Below the pieces are notes generated by a model, which did not search any database, was not told the origin of the DNA, and saw nothing but the letters and a program-made list of their open reading frames with translations. A DNA stretch of 42,505 nt from a virus, in the IMG/VR virus record IMGVR_UViG_3300023443_000233, one strand, 5' to 3'. How positions within the stretch are numbered: the first letter of the stretch is position 1; the number at the start of each line of letters is the position of its first letter. A program made the position numbers and the translations under genes. Of this stretch, positions 1-7,760 are shown piece by piece.

Positions 1-144
1 CAAAAAAGGGGCAAAATAACTTTATTAGTTCGAACTAGTCGAATTATTTTTGTAATTGAAATTGATCAAAAGGCTGTTATATAGGCATTTTTATACTAGT
101 GTAAATGAGTGTGTCAGACAACCTTAGATGGGCGGCATGATGTA
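1..144. repeat. Terminal redundancy copy 1 (identical to 42362-42505)
   Basis: Base-by-base comparison of the two window ends gave 144/144 identity. Confidence 0.95.
26..43. promoter_or_regulatory. Overlapping dyads TAGTTCGAACTA (26-37) and TTCGA-N5-TCGAA (29-43); candidate core-type integrase site of attP
   Basis: A perfect 12-bp palindrome and an overlapping 5+5 inverted repeat lie in the non-coding region downstream of int, between GGGGCAAA repeats. Confidence 0.35.
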
Positions 145-152
145 GTTATAAT

Positions 153-190
153 AAAAGAACCTCTATTTATAGGGGTTCTTTTGTTTGTTT
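153..190. terminator. Bidirectional rho-independent terminator downstream of int
   Basis: Stem 153-163 pairs with 172-182 (AAAAGAACCTC / GGGGTTCTTTT, one G-U pair) around an 8-nt loop. T-runs follow on both strands. Confidence 0.7.
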
Positions 191-210
191 AATGTTAATT
201 TTATACAAAA

Positions 211-229
211 GGGGCAAAAAAGGGGCAAA
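211..229. repeat. 19-nt direct repeat GGGGCAAAAAAGGGGCAAA (other copy 42358-42376); candidate integrase arm-type sites
   Basis: Exact 19-nt match. Each copy holds two GGGGCAAA units. This copy abuts the int stop codon (230-232). Confidence 0.5.
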
Positions 230-1369
230 TTACAAATTGTTTAATCGATCGATAACCTGTTCTTTAGATTTTTTGGTCACGTGATTATAAATTGATAAAG
301 TCGTGTTGGCATCGGAATGTCCGACTCTCTCCATTATGGTTTTTAAAGGAAGATTCAATTCAGCTAGTAAAGAAATATGACTATGTCTGAATATGTGAGA
401 GGATAAGTTTTTATTCCATTTTAGTTCGTCTTGAACTCTATGCAGTACCATATTAAAGCTATGGAGAGACAACGGGGTACCTCTAGATGATTTAAATATA
501 TAATCCTCGTTACTTTGAAAGCCGAATACTAAAGAGTTGTGTTCAATGATTTCATTAACAATTTTTACTGCTCTATTAGGCAAAGAAACTATTCTTTTAG
601 AATAGATATTTTTAGGTGAAGTTTTTACAGCATCTGCCATTTTTAAGAAAGAATAGTCTAATGTGCCGTTAATATCCAAAGTACTCCCGTCAAAGTCCTT
701 TACTTGTAATGCCTGTAACTCTCCGTATCTTAGGCCTGTTAAATATAACAATTCTGCAATGTTAGCGTGCAATAATCTTTTAGTAGATTTTCTCATATAT
801 ACAAGCAACTCTGTCATTTCGCTTTGATCAAGGTATTTTTCATCCATGTTCTTTTTTCTTTTTTCTTCTTCAGCTTTTTTTCTTTGAATTTTGACATTCA
901 GCGCTAGATTTTGTTTAATATACTTTTTCTCAACAGCATAATTCAACATGATTGAAAGGGTCGTCTTGGTCTGTTTCGTATAATTCAAGGATAGGTCACC
1001 GAAAGTATACATTTTTTCTGTAATATTACGAATCATATTCTCGTCTATATTTCGAACAAGAACATCGTCAGAAATAACTTTTTGAATATGTTTCATCATC
1101 TTTGGAACTTTGGTCCAGCTTGTTCTTTTTACATGTTGTTGGTAATAAACAAACCACTCTTCGTAAAGCTCCTTGAAAGTGATGTCAGATTTATCATAAT
1201 TACTCAAAGCTTCCTCTATTTTTTTGTCTAATATTTTCTGTGCATTCTTCCAGGCTCTGGAAGAATCACTTGTTAGAACAGTACTTGTCTTTTTCCATTT
1301 TTCGGTATAGGGATCTTTGTATCTTTCTACAAACTTATATCTTCCGTTGCCTAAAGATTCGCTCCACAT
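230..1369 (-). CDS. int: Tyrosine recombinase / phage integrase
   Basis: 379 aa. The C-terminal catalytic signature is present: LTGLRYGEL, HIFRHSH, VGHSD and IYNH (R..HxxR..Y). Located at the end of the lysogeny module next to the att-like region. Confidence 0.95.
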   Translation of the reverse strand: MWSESLGNGRYKFVERYKDPYTEKWKKTSTVLTSDSSRAWKNAQKILDKKIEEALSNYDKSDITFKELYEEWFVYYQQHVKRTSWTKVPKMMKHIQKVISDDVLVRNIDENMIRNITEKMYTFGDLSLNYTKQTKTTLSIMLNYAVEKKYIKQNLALNVKIQRKKAEEEKRKKNMDEKYLDQSEMTELLVYMRKSTKRLLHANIAELLYLTGLRYGELQALQVKDFDGSTLDINGTLDYSFLKMADAVKTSPKNIYSKRIVSLPNRAVKIVNEIIEHNSLVFGFQSNEDYIFKSSRGTPLSLHSFNMVLHRVQDELKWNKNLSSHIFRHSHISLLAELNLPLKTIMERVGHSDANTTLSIYNHVTKKSKEQVIDRLNNL

Positions 1370-1434
1370 TGTGTGTACCTCAATTCTTTGTTACAATAGG
1401 CATGACTAAATAAGCCTATCGTTTATTTTGTTTT

Positions 1435-1470
1435 GCACGCCTGTCTTTGGTCGGAGGGGCGTGTTTTTTT
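1435..1470 (+). terminator. Hairpin plus T7 run reading as a plus-strand intrinsic terminator between int and the lipoprotein gene
   Basis: Stem CACGCCT (1436-1442) pairs with GGGCGTG (1457-1463), then TTTTTTT (1464-1470). On the minus strand no T-tract follows, so it is oriented against the local genes. Confidence 0.35.
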
Positions 1471-1472
1471 CT

Positions 1473-2414
1473 TTACTCGTAATAGCCTTGTTCGATAGCT
1501 TCTAATGTTTGAATTTCACCAGATGTTAATTCTCTATCTTGAATACTTTTTATTTCATTATATATACGTCTTGCATTTTCAGAAGTTCCTTCAGGCAATG
1601 TTGTTTGATCAGCTTGACTACCATTAAATGAATCTTCATATTGACCGGAACCTACTACATAAGTTTCGTTTTCACTAGCTCTGACTGCTTCTTCCCAATC
1701 TTCGGCTGTCCAGCCTTCAGCCTTTGCTTTTTCCCACTCAGCTTCACCTTCTTGCCAGCTTGTTGGCATATCGGAAAGACCTTCGTAATAGGAACTATCT
1801 TCATTGGGATTATTTGTATTGGTTAAAGATTTTGTTTCTTCAGGCTTTTCTAACTCAGTCAAATCAATTTCATAAATACCTATTTCTTTATCTTCATACA
1901 TAGCTATCATTTTAACTGGGAAATCTAAGTTATCCAGAGAGTAAGTCTCTATTATGTCCACTGTTTTATCGGGTAACAGTTCATCAGAACGAGAGTTTTC
2001 TTTATCGACTTGCTCATTATATGATTCGACATCGTCTGTTGATCCAAATGCATCTAAGCTATAATAGGTATTATCGAGATCAACCTCAGAGGTTTCATTC
2101 TCTTGTTTAAATAAAACGTAATCATTAATAATATCAATAGGAGTGATGTTGTTATCCGAAGTATTCTTCAATGAGTACGTTACATATAACCCATAGCCAT
2201 CTTCAGATGGACTTTTAACTATTTCGGAATTTTTATAAGTAAGTTCAAACTCATCTGTAATAATTTTCCCATACTCGAAATCAGCTTTCTGTTCTTCAGA
2301 AACAGAAGTCGTTTGAGAAGTTGTATCAGTTGGGGGAGTTGTACTTTCTTCATTATTAGAACATCCGGTCATTATTAAGCCAACAAACAATAAGCACGGT
2401 ACGACTTTTTTCAT
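1473..2414 (-). CDS. Secreted lipoprotein, acidic (candidate superinfection-exclusion / lysogenic-conversion protein)
   Basis: 313 aa. N-terminus MKKVVPCLLFVGLIMTGC is a signal peptide plus lipobox Cys. The beta-rich middle domain resembles the Ig-like domains of Firmicutes lipoproteins. It occupies the int-to-repressor slot. Confidence 0.8.
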   Translation of the reverse strand: MKKVVPCLLFVGLIMTGCSNNEESTTPPTDTTSQTTSVSEEQKADFEYGKIITDEFELTYKNSEIVKSPSEDGYGLYVTYSLKNTSDNNITPIDIINDYVLFKQENETSEVDLDNTYYSLDAFGSTDDVESYNEQVDKENSRSDELLPDKTVDIIETYSLDNLDFPVKMIAMYEDKEIGIYEIDLTELEKPEETKSLTNTNNPNEDSSYYEGLSDMPTSWQEGEAEWEKAKAEGWTAEDWEEAVRASENETYVVGSGQYEDSFNGSQADQTTLPEGTSENARRIYNEIKSIQDRELTSGEIQTLEAIEQGYYE

Positions 2415-2504
2415 CTAATTTCCTCATTTCTCTGATATAATATATTTGTACTATCTCAGAAATGAGTAACCCTTATCGAAGCTGGTCCTTTGATAGGGGT
2501 ATTT

Positions 2505-2861
2505 TTATCTTGCATATTTAACATCGTAGCCCATCCCAATACTAAATTCTTCTATTAATTGACTGTAATTATAGATATCATCGTATTCGCTGGTGAAATA
2601 GTTTATCATAAATCTATTTGCTGCATATTCCATTTTCGACTTTAAGACAAACGAGAGTTTATAAAGCTCGTAATTATCTTGGTCCTCACTAGCATGACCT
2701 AATTCATGAAGTAAAGCCCTCTTCATATCAAAATCATTCAACTTACTATTCAATACAATAATATTAACAATCGGTAGATATTTTCCGTGATCTTCCAAAA
2801 ACTCATCATAAACTATTGTTATGTTTAACTTTTCAACAATCTCTAAAATCTGAGCATCCAA
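2505..2861 (-). CDS. ImmA/IrrE-family zinc metallopeptidase
   Basis: 118 aa with an HELGH (HEXXH) motif. Immediately downstream of, and co-oriented with, the XRE repressor, as in ImmR/ImmA pairs. Confidence 0.85.
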   Translation of the reverse strand: MDAQILEIVEKLNITIVYDEFLEDHGKYLPIVNIIVLNSKLNDFDMKRALLHELGHASEDQDNYELYKLSFVLKSKMEYAANRFMINYFTSEYDDIYNYSQLIEEFSIGMGYDVKYAR

Positions 2862-2873
2862 ACAAACACCCTC

Positions 2874-3218
2874 TTATATTTTTCCGTCCAAGTATGCTTT
2901 TGCAATCCTCTCTAAAACTTGACGGTCATTTTCCGAAACTTCTTTCCCGTTATAACTCATAACAGATTTTAATGCTTCTTCTATGGTCAATTCTTTTTGT
3001 TTTTCGGACATTCCCATGTGTGGGTTGTCTGTCCTTCCTAAAAGGTAATCTGTCGATACGTGAAAGTAGTTTGCAATAAGCTCTAAAGTCTCAGCTTTTG
3101 GACTACTCGTTCTCCACTGATAGATAGCATTTTTAGATAATCCATTATCTTCTGCAACTCGATTTAAACTTTTACCCTGTTTTTTTGCAAGTTCTGAAAC
3201 CCTTTCAAATAAACTCAT
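2874..3218 (-). CDS. CI-like XRE-family repressor
   Basis: HTH segment LSKNAIYQWRTS. ATG at 3218 is preceded by GGATGG. The track start at 3257 is a TTG with no RBS. Divergent from the cro-like gene. Confidence 0.85.
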   Translation of the reverse strand: MSLFERVSELAKKQGKSLNRVAEDNGLSKNAIYQWRTSSPKAETLELIANYFHVSTDYLLGRTDNPHMGMSEKQKELTIEEALKSVMSYNGKEVSENDRQVLERIAKAYLDGKI

Positions 3219-3512
3219 TTTCAACCATCCTTCTTGCAAATGAGTTATTTTTCCCAAAGTATAATAAAAAACACTTTACAATTATAAAGTTATGGGATAA
3301 TATTAGCTCATAAGCAAATTAAATACGCTAATAAATACAGAAAGACACTTATATTTATTAAAAACAATCGAGGTCGGGAAACTAAGAATGTTTAATATAT
3401 AGGTATTATTCCGTCTGTTTATTAACCATAAACCAATATTATAAAACTTTGGGATGGATGTCAACTATTTTAGCGTATTTTGTTCGCTTTATTAAAAAAG
3501 GGAGGTGTGGGT
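3219..3512. promoter_or_regulatory. Divergent lysis/lysogeny switch region with repeated operator-like motifs
   Basis: There are three related sites: TCCCAAAGTATAATA (3252-3266, inverted), AATTATAAAGTTATGGGA (3280-3297) and TATTATAAAACTTTGGGA (3437-3454). An 11-nt inverted pair AAATACGCTAA (3321-3331) / TTAGCGTATTT (3470-3480) is also present. Confidence 0.6.
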
Positions 3513-3701
3513 ATGTCTAAAGATTTCATCGTTAAAGTTAGGGTTGAGTTAGCACGATACGATAAAACACAAAATTGGCTTGCTGAGACAATTGGAATTT
3601 CGAAAACATATATGTCTGACATTATGAATGGTCGACGTAAACCGGATAAACAAATAAAACCAATCGAAACAGCTCTGGAACAACTTAAGAATTCACATTA
3701 G
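3513..3701 (+). CDS. Cro-like XRE-family HTH protein
   Basis: ATG 3513 lies 7 nt after GGAGG (3501-3505). HTH segment QNWLAETIGISKTYMSDIMNG. First gene of the rightward operon. Confidence 0.8.
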   Translation: MSKDFIVKVRVELARYDKTQNWLAETIGISKTYMSDIMNGRRKPDKQIKPIETALEQLKNSH

Positions 3702-3715
3702 AAAGGAATGTAAAT

Positions 3716-4003
3716 ATGAAAAAACCAACTATTCCGGAATTAATCAAAATGGCTACGGATAAGACTTCGATTTCTGAATGGGATAGGCGTGAGGATTTAA
3801 TGATTCGTTTCAATGGGTTATCTCGTACTACTTTAAATACGTATCAAAAAGAAATGGAAAGTATTCCAGAGTTCAAAGAAGGTGTTCTTAAGCCGACACA
3901 TAGTGTCACTTGGATACACCTTGGAACATTTCTTTGGTACCTGAAGTGGAAAGAAGCTAACCGTTATAGGTCAAAAAAATTGAAGCCTTCAGAGGTTGCA
4001 TAA
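3716..4003 (+). CDS. Hypothetical early protein (possible DNA-binding / excisionase-like)
   Basis: 95-aa ORF in operon context. No motif is recognisable with certainty. Confidence 0.55.
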   Translation: MKKPTIPELIKMATDKTSISEWDRREDLMIRFNGLSRTTLNTYQKEMESIPEFKEGVLKPTHSVTWIHLGTFLWYLKWKEANRYRSKKLKPSEVA

Positions 4004-4018
4004 AGAGGAGGAAGTAAA

Positions 4019-4759
4019 ATGAACACGCCACAAATTTTTAGCTTCGAACAAAACCAAGTTCGGACGTTTCTGAAAAATGATATTCCGTATTTCGTGGCAA
4101 ACGATGTTGCCAAAACCTTGGGATACAGAAATCCAAGCGACGCAACTAACAAACATTGCAAGAAAGCCTTGAAAACGTGGGGTAGCGATTCGCTAGGTCG
4201 TCGCCAATCATTCAAAGTTATTCCAGAATCGGATGTTTATCGTCTAATTATCAAATCTAACCTACCAAGTGCAGAAAAATTTGAAGCTTGGGTAATGGAA
4301 GAAGTCCTTCCAACAATCAGAAAAACAGGAAGCTACACAAACGTTCCTCAAAATTTCGCTCAGGCATTGCGACTAGCAGCTGACCTAGAAGAAAAGAATC
4401 AACTACTCGAGCAGCAGATCGCTGAATATGAACCGAAAATCAGTTACCTAGATATGATCCTTTCATCAAAAGATACAGTAGCAACGTCTCAAATCGCAGC
4501 AGATTACGGAATGTCGGCAATCGCACTGAATAAATTGCTTAATGAGTTAGGTGTTCAGCATAAAGTCAGTGGTCAATGGATTCTGTACCGCAAACACATG
4601 AACCAAGGATACACAAAATCGCACACAAGCGAGATTCCAAAAGCTGATGGCGGCGTAAAAGTTGTGATGAATACTAAATGGACGCAAAAAGGTCGTGTCT
4701 TCATTTACAACTTATTAACTGCAGAGGGTTACTATCCTCAAATGGATCTACTGGATTAA
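4019..4759 (+). CDS. Phage antirepressor (Bro-N plus KilAC-type C-terminal domain)
   Basis: 246 aa. The N-terminus FVANDVAKTLGY ... ESDVYRLIIKSNLPSAEKFEAWV is typical of Bro-N. The C-terminus VATSQIAADYGMSAIALNKLL is typical of KilAC. RBS GAGGAGG is upstream. Confidence 0.9.
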   Translation: MNTPQIFSFEQNQVRTFLKNDIPYFVANDVAKTLGYRNPSDATNKHCKKALKTWGSDSLGRRQSFKVIPESDVYRLIIKSNLPSAEKFEAWVMEEVLPTIRKTGSYTNVPQNFAQALRLAADLEEKNQLLEQQIAEYEPKISYLDMILSSKDTVATSQIAADYGMSAIALNKLLNELGVQHKVSGQWILYRKHMNQGYTKSHTSEIPKADGGVKVVMNTKWTQKGRVFIYNLLTAEGYYPQMDLLD

Positions 4760-4790
4760 AAATAACCCCCACACGGAAGGAGGGGCTAGG

Positions 4791-4880
4791 GTGAGTAAAA
4801 AAGATAAGGTAAAAGTCATAGTGGTATCTGTTATCAGTTCATTAATTATAAATCTTATTTTTCAACTACTTTTGAAATAA
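4791..4880 (+). CDS. 29-aa hydrophobic peptide (MSKKDKVKVIVVSVISSLIINLIFQLLLK, GTG start)
   Basis: A strong RBS GGAAGGAGGGG (4776-4786) lies 4 nt upstream of the GTG. The 3' end overlaps the convergent gene 4866-5228 by 15 nt. It is below the ORF-track size cut-off. Confidence 0.35.
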   Translation: MSKKDKVKVIVVSVISSLIINLIFQLLLK

Positions 4881-5228
4881 GTAAGTAATTAAATTGACCA
4901 GTAGAGTGGTTACTACAGCGACGATGATCGGGACTTGTATACTCCATTTTAATTTTTCTTGTGCATCTGTTTCTCTAAACTCCAGAAAATTTTTACCATT
5001 CTGACTTATTGAATAGTAAGTTTTTTCTTCATTGAAGGTAATTTCTTCTTTAATAAATTCGAAGCTGGTAAGACGCGATAAATGTTCTTCAGTTTCAAGT
5101 TTAGGAATTCCTGTTTTGACAGATATTCCTTCGACAGTTGTGAGATATGTGTGTGTATCAATGTATCCTCTATTTGACGCAAGATAAATCAGGATCCTTA
5201 TTTCGTTGTTTGTTAATCGATTATCCAT
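4866..5228 (-). CDS. Membrane-anchored winged-helix protein (antisense moron in the early operon)
   Basis: 120 aa. The N-terminal MarR/PadR-like wHTH pattern is ISVKTGIPKLETEEHLSRLTSFEFI ... YYSISQNGKNFL. The C-terminal TM helix is VPIIVAVVTTLLVNLITYLF. It has its own extended -10, TGGTATAAT (plus-strand coordinates 5253-5261). Confidence 0.7.
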   Translation of the reverse strand: MDNRLTNNEIRILIYLASNRGYIDTHTYLTTVEGISVKTGIPKLETEEHLSRLTSFEFIKEEITFNEEKTYYSISQNGKNFLEFRETDAQEKLKWSIQVPIIVAVVTTLLVNLITYLFQK

Positions 5229-5275
5229 TTCAGCACCACCAGTTTTTAAACAATTATACCAAAGGAGGAATCACA

Positions 5276-5707
5276 TTGAAAAACAAACTAGCAAAAACAA
5301 CAGCAATCATCGGACTAGCACTAGGTAGCGGCGTTATCGGCTACGCAGCAAGCAACGCATTCCAAGATTTGGACACGATCAAGGCAAACTTCAACACAGT
5401 CCTACAATACGGACAAACCAAATCACAACGTGTGTCAGAACTCGAATCACAGTTATCCAACAACACTCGCACACAGGAGCAGCTAAAGGCAGAAATTGAG
5501 CAAATCAAATCGGACAAGCAGAAGGAAATTGAAGCCAAGCAACGAGAGATCGAACAAAAGCAACAGGAGATCGCTACAAAGCAACAGGAAGCCGATAGCT
5601 TGCGCCAACAGTTGAACACGGTGCAAAACGACAAGGAACAGCTAGAACAGCGTGTGAGCGAGTTACGGCAGTATACGGATCAAAAAGTAGGGGAGTTGGG
5701 AAAATGA
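5276..5707 (+). CDS. N-terminally membrane-anchored coiled-coil protein
   Basis: TTG 5276 lies 7 nt after AGGAGG (5263-5268). There is a TM helix TTAIIGLALGSGVIGYAA followed by Q/E/K heptad repeats. Confidence 0.7.
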   Translation: MKNKLAKTTAIIGLALGSGVIGYAASNAFQDLDTIKANFNTVLQYGQTKSQRVSELESQLSNNTRTQEQLKAEIEQIKSDKQKEIEAKQREIEQKQQEIATKQQEADSLRQQLNTVQNDKEQLEQRVSELRQYTDQKVGELGK

Positions 5708-5889
5708 GCGGATATAAAGTAAAAGAAACTATGGTTAAGTTTTCGGACTTATCAACTATCATATCTGGTTTGTATTTTGGCGGCGAAGAAGATTTAAGCA
5801 ACACCGAGGACTTGATTGATTTTTTGGAAAGTAAGGAGGATGAAGTAGCTATAATTCGTTCTTTCGTTCCAGACGAGGAGAGTGAATAA
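5704..5889 (+). CDS. Hypothetical acidic protein
   Basis: 61 aa. ATGA start/stop overlap with the upstream gene suggests translational coupling. Confidence 0.6.
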   Translation: MSGYKVKETMVKFSDLSTIISGLYFGGEEDLSNTEDLIDFLESKEDEVAIIRSFVPDEESE

Positions 5890-5892
5890 AAA

Positions 5893-6015
5893 ATGATTAA
5901 AAGAATCACTATATCAGTTGAGGAAGATAACGGATCGAAAATGCAGCATACCGTATCAACAAAAGAAGAAGCGCTCGCTTTGATCGATCGATACTTCAAG
6001 GAGGAGTCAGCATGA
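5893..6015 (+). CDS. Hypothetical 40-aa protein
   Basis: ATG lies 3 nt after the upstream stop, and there is an ATGA overlap with the next gene. Not in the ORF track (under 60 aa). Confidence 0.45.
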   Translation: MIKRITISVEEDNGSKMQHTVSTKEEALALIDRYFKEESA

Positions 6016-6194
6016 AGAAAATCTACTGGATCAGACGCACAATATTTATTCTTGTGATCTTCGCATTGGGAGCATTGCTTTCATCAGAACCACCAACGTG
6101 GCTAGTCATCGGATTCCCTTGTGTCGCAATGTTGCTACTAATGATTTATGACGAAGCAGTATTTGAATTACGATCAAAGACGGTGAAGAAATGA
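6012..6194 (+). CDS. Small membrane protein (2 TM)
   Basis: 60 aa with two hydrophobic helices. Coupled on both sides by ATGA overlaps. Confidence 0.6.
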   Translation: MKKIYWIRRTIFILVIFALGALLSSEPPTWLVIGFPCVAMLLLMIYDEAVFELRSKTVKK

Positions 6195-6304
6195 CTAGAG
6201 AAGAAGTGCTTGACCTATACTATCGCACACTTGATTGGAAAGAAATATACTACGAAGCACAAGCAAAAATGGACGCAAAAAAAGACTCCGGCCTGCAAGC
6301 ATAG
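6191..6304 (+). CDS. Hypothetical 37-aa protein
   Basis: ATGA overlap with the upstream gene. Not in the ORF track. Confidence 0.4.
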   Translation: MTREEVLDLYYRTLDWKEIYYEAQAKMDAKKDSGLQA

Positions 6305-6339
6305 AGTCTTAACAAAAATTCATCTAAGGAGATTATACC

Positions 6340-6576
6340 ATGAGAATAGCAATCGACACAATCGGGCGTATTCATCTAATTGACGGATACAAACCTTATG
6401 GATCAATCGTTTTCGATATTGATAAGAAGAACGATCGAGTAGGTGTTTATCAAGACAGCGACGATGAGGATGTCCGCACGCAATTTGAAACTATTGAAGA
6501 ATCAGCTGAATTTGGTCGAGAAGAACTGATTCAAGGGTTAGAGCAAGTGATTGAAGAATTGAAGGAGGTCCTTTGA
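6340..6576 (+). CDS. Hypothetical acidic protein
   Basis: 78 aa, with RBS AAGGAG upstream. Confidence 0.7.
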   Translation: MRIAIDTIGRIHLIDGYKPYGSIVFDIDKKNDRVGVYQDSDDEDVRTQFETIEESAEFGREELIQGLEQVIEELKEVL

Positions 6577-7047
6577 GTGAAACTATATGAATTAACAGGT
6601 GCATTTAATCAAGTTGCAGACATGCTGGAATATGATTCAGAAAATGCAGCGATTATTGACACATTAGAATCAATTGACCTAGCTATTGAAGAAAAAGCAG
6701 ATGGGTATGCTAAGTTGATCCGCAATCAAGAAGCTTCAAGCAAAGCATTTGATGAAGAAATCAAGCGAATGAAAGAGCGTAAGCAAGCGGTCGACAATAA
6801 TGTTAAGCGAATGAAGTTAAGCTTACAAAATGCAATGGTAGAAATCGGCAAAACGAAATTTAAAACAGATTTATTTAGTTTCAATATACAAAAAAATCAA
6901 CCAAGCGTTGAGATCGTTGATGAGTCATTGATACCGGATAAATTTAAAAAGGTCACTATCGATTTTGATAAAACCGCAATCAAAAAAGCAGAAGAAGATG
7001 TTCCTGGTGTTGAGATCAAGCAAACAGAAAGTTTGAGGATACGCTAA
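6577..7047 (+). CDS. Siphovirus Gp157-family protein
   Basis: 156 aa. The pattern LYELTGAFNQV ... IDTLESIDLAIEEKADGYAKLI ... FSFNIQKNQPSVEI resembles the Gp157 family, which usually precedes the AAA_24/helicase block. Confidence 0.7.
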   Translation: MKLYELTGAFNQVADMLEYDSENAAIIDTLESIDLAIEEKADGYAKLIRNQEASSKAFDEEIKRMKERKQAVDNNVKRMKLSLQNAMVEIGKTKFKTDLFSFNIQKNQPSVEIVDESLIPDKFKKVTIDFDKTAIKKAEEDVPGVEIKQTESLRIR

Positions 7048-7760
7048 TGGTAAAAAAACTACAGGCAAAAGAATTATCAGTAGACAAAGGCACATATATG
7101 ATTTATGCCAACCCTGGAATGGGGAAGACGTACGCATTAGGTTTCTTGCCTGGCAAAACATTAGTTTTAGATGTCGATGGCTCTTCATCCACTTTGGCGA
7201 AACATCCGAACAAAGAAAATATCGAAGTTTGGCGATTAGACTCCTCGAATATTTGGCAGGAATGGTTAGATGTTGTAGCCGATCTAATTAAAAACAAAGC
7301 GGCATACGAAAAGCAGTTTGACAATATATGTTTAGACAATTTGTCAGAGCTATTTAAGGCGCAGCTCGAAAACTTGGGGAAAATTGGGAAAAACAACGGA
7401 GTGCCTTCTCAAGCAGATTATCAAAGAGTTGATTTTATGAATTTAAGAAGTCTTAGGGCTTTGAATAGTATGGACTGCAGGGTTATTTTGACCGCTTGGG
7501 AAACAACTGACACATACACCGAGCAAAACGGACAATTTTTCACAAGGTCCATGCCAGAGATAAGAACAAAAATTTTAAACAATTTTCTTGGATTGTGTGA
7601 CGTTGTCGGTAGATTAATCACAAAAAAAGACGAGGAAGGTAACGAAACTAGAGGTTTAGTCCTAAAGCCCACACAAGGCGTTTATGCCAAAAACAGGCTG
7701 GATGATAGGAAAGGATGCTTAGTGAATGAATTTATCAAAATCGGAAGTGATGATGATTGA
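7047..7760 (+). CDS. AAA_24-type (Sak4/RecA-like) ATPase
   Basis: Walker A motif YANPGMGKTY. A Walker B-like motif LCLDNLSE is present. Its position in the recombination/replication block fits. Confidence 0.85.
   Translation: MVKKLQAKELSVDKGTYMIYANPGMGKTYALGFLPGKTLVLDVDGSSSTLAKHPNKENIEVWRLDSSNIWQEWLDVVADLIKNKAAYEKQFDNICLDNLSELFKAQLENLGKIGKNNGVPSQADYQRVDFMNLRSLRALNSMDCRVILTAWETTDTYTEQNGQFFTRSMPEIRTKILNNFLGLCDVVGRLITKKDEEGNETRGLVLKPTQGVYAKNRLDDRKGCLVNEFIKIGSDDD

Noticed and set aside
3219-3257. Track start codons TTG 3257 (repressor) and TTG 3480 (cro-like)
   Set aside because: Internal ATGs at 3218 and 3513 have properly spaced RBSs, and the upstream extensions add non-conserved-looking residues.
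4045-4066. CGAAC...GTTCG pair in the antirepressor gene
   Set aside because: The half-sites are separated by 8 nt, not 4, and they lie within coding sequence.
5510-5600. Tandem roughly 21-nt repeats (AAGCAACNNGAGATCG...)
   Set aside because: They are in-frame heptad repeats (KQxEIEx) of the coiled-coil protein 5276-5707. This is a coding feature, not a regulatory or CRISPR-like array.
5341-5999. Minus-strand ORFs 5341-5634 and 5574-5999
   Set aside because: They are Cys/Ser-rich shadows opposite the coiled-coil gene and the coupled small-gene chain, and they are not supported by RBSs.
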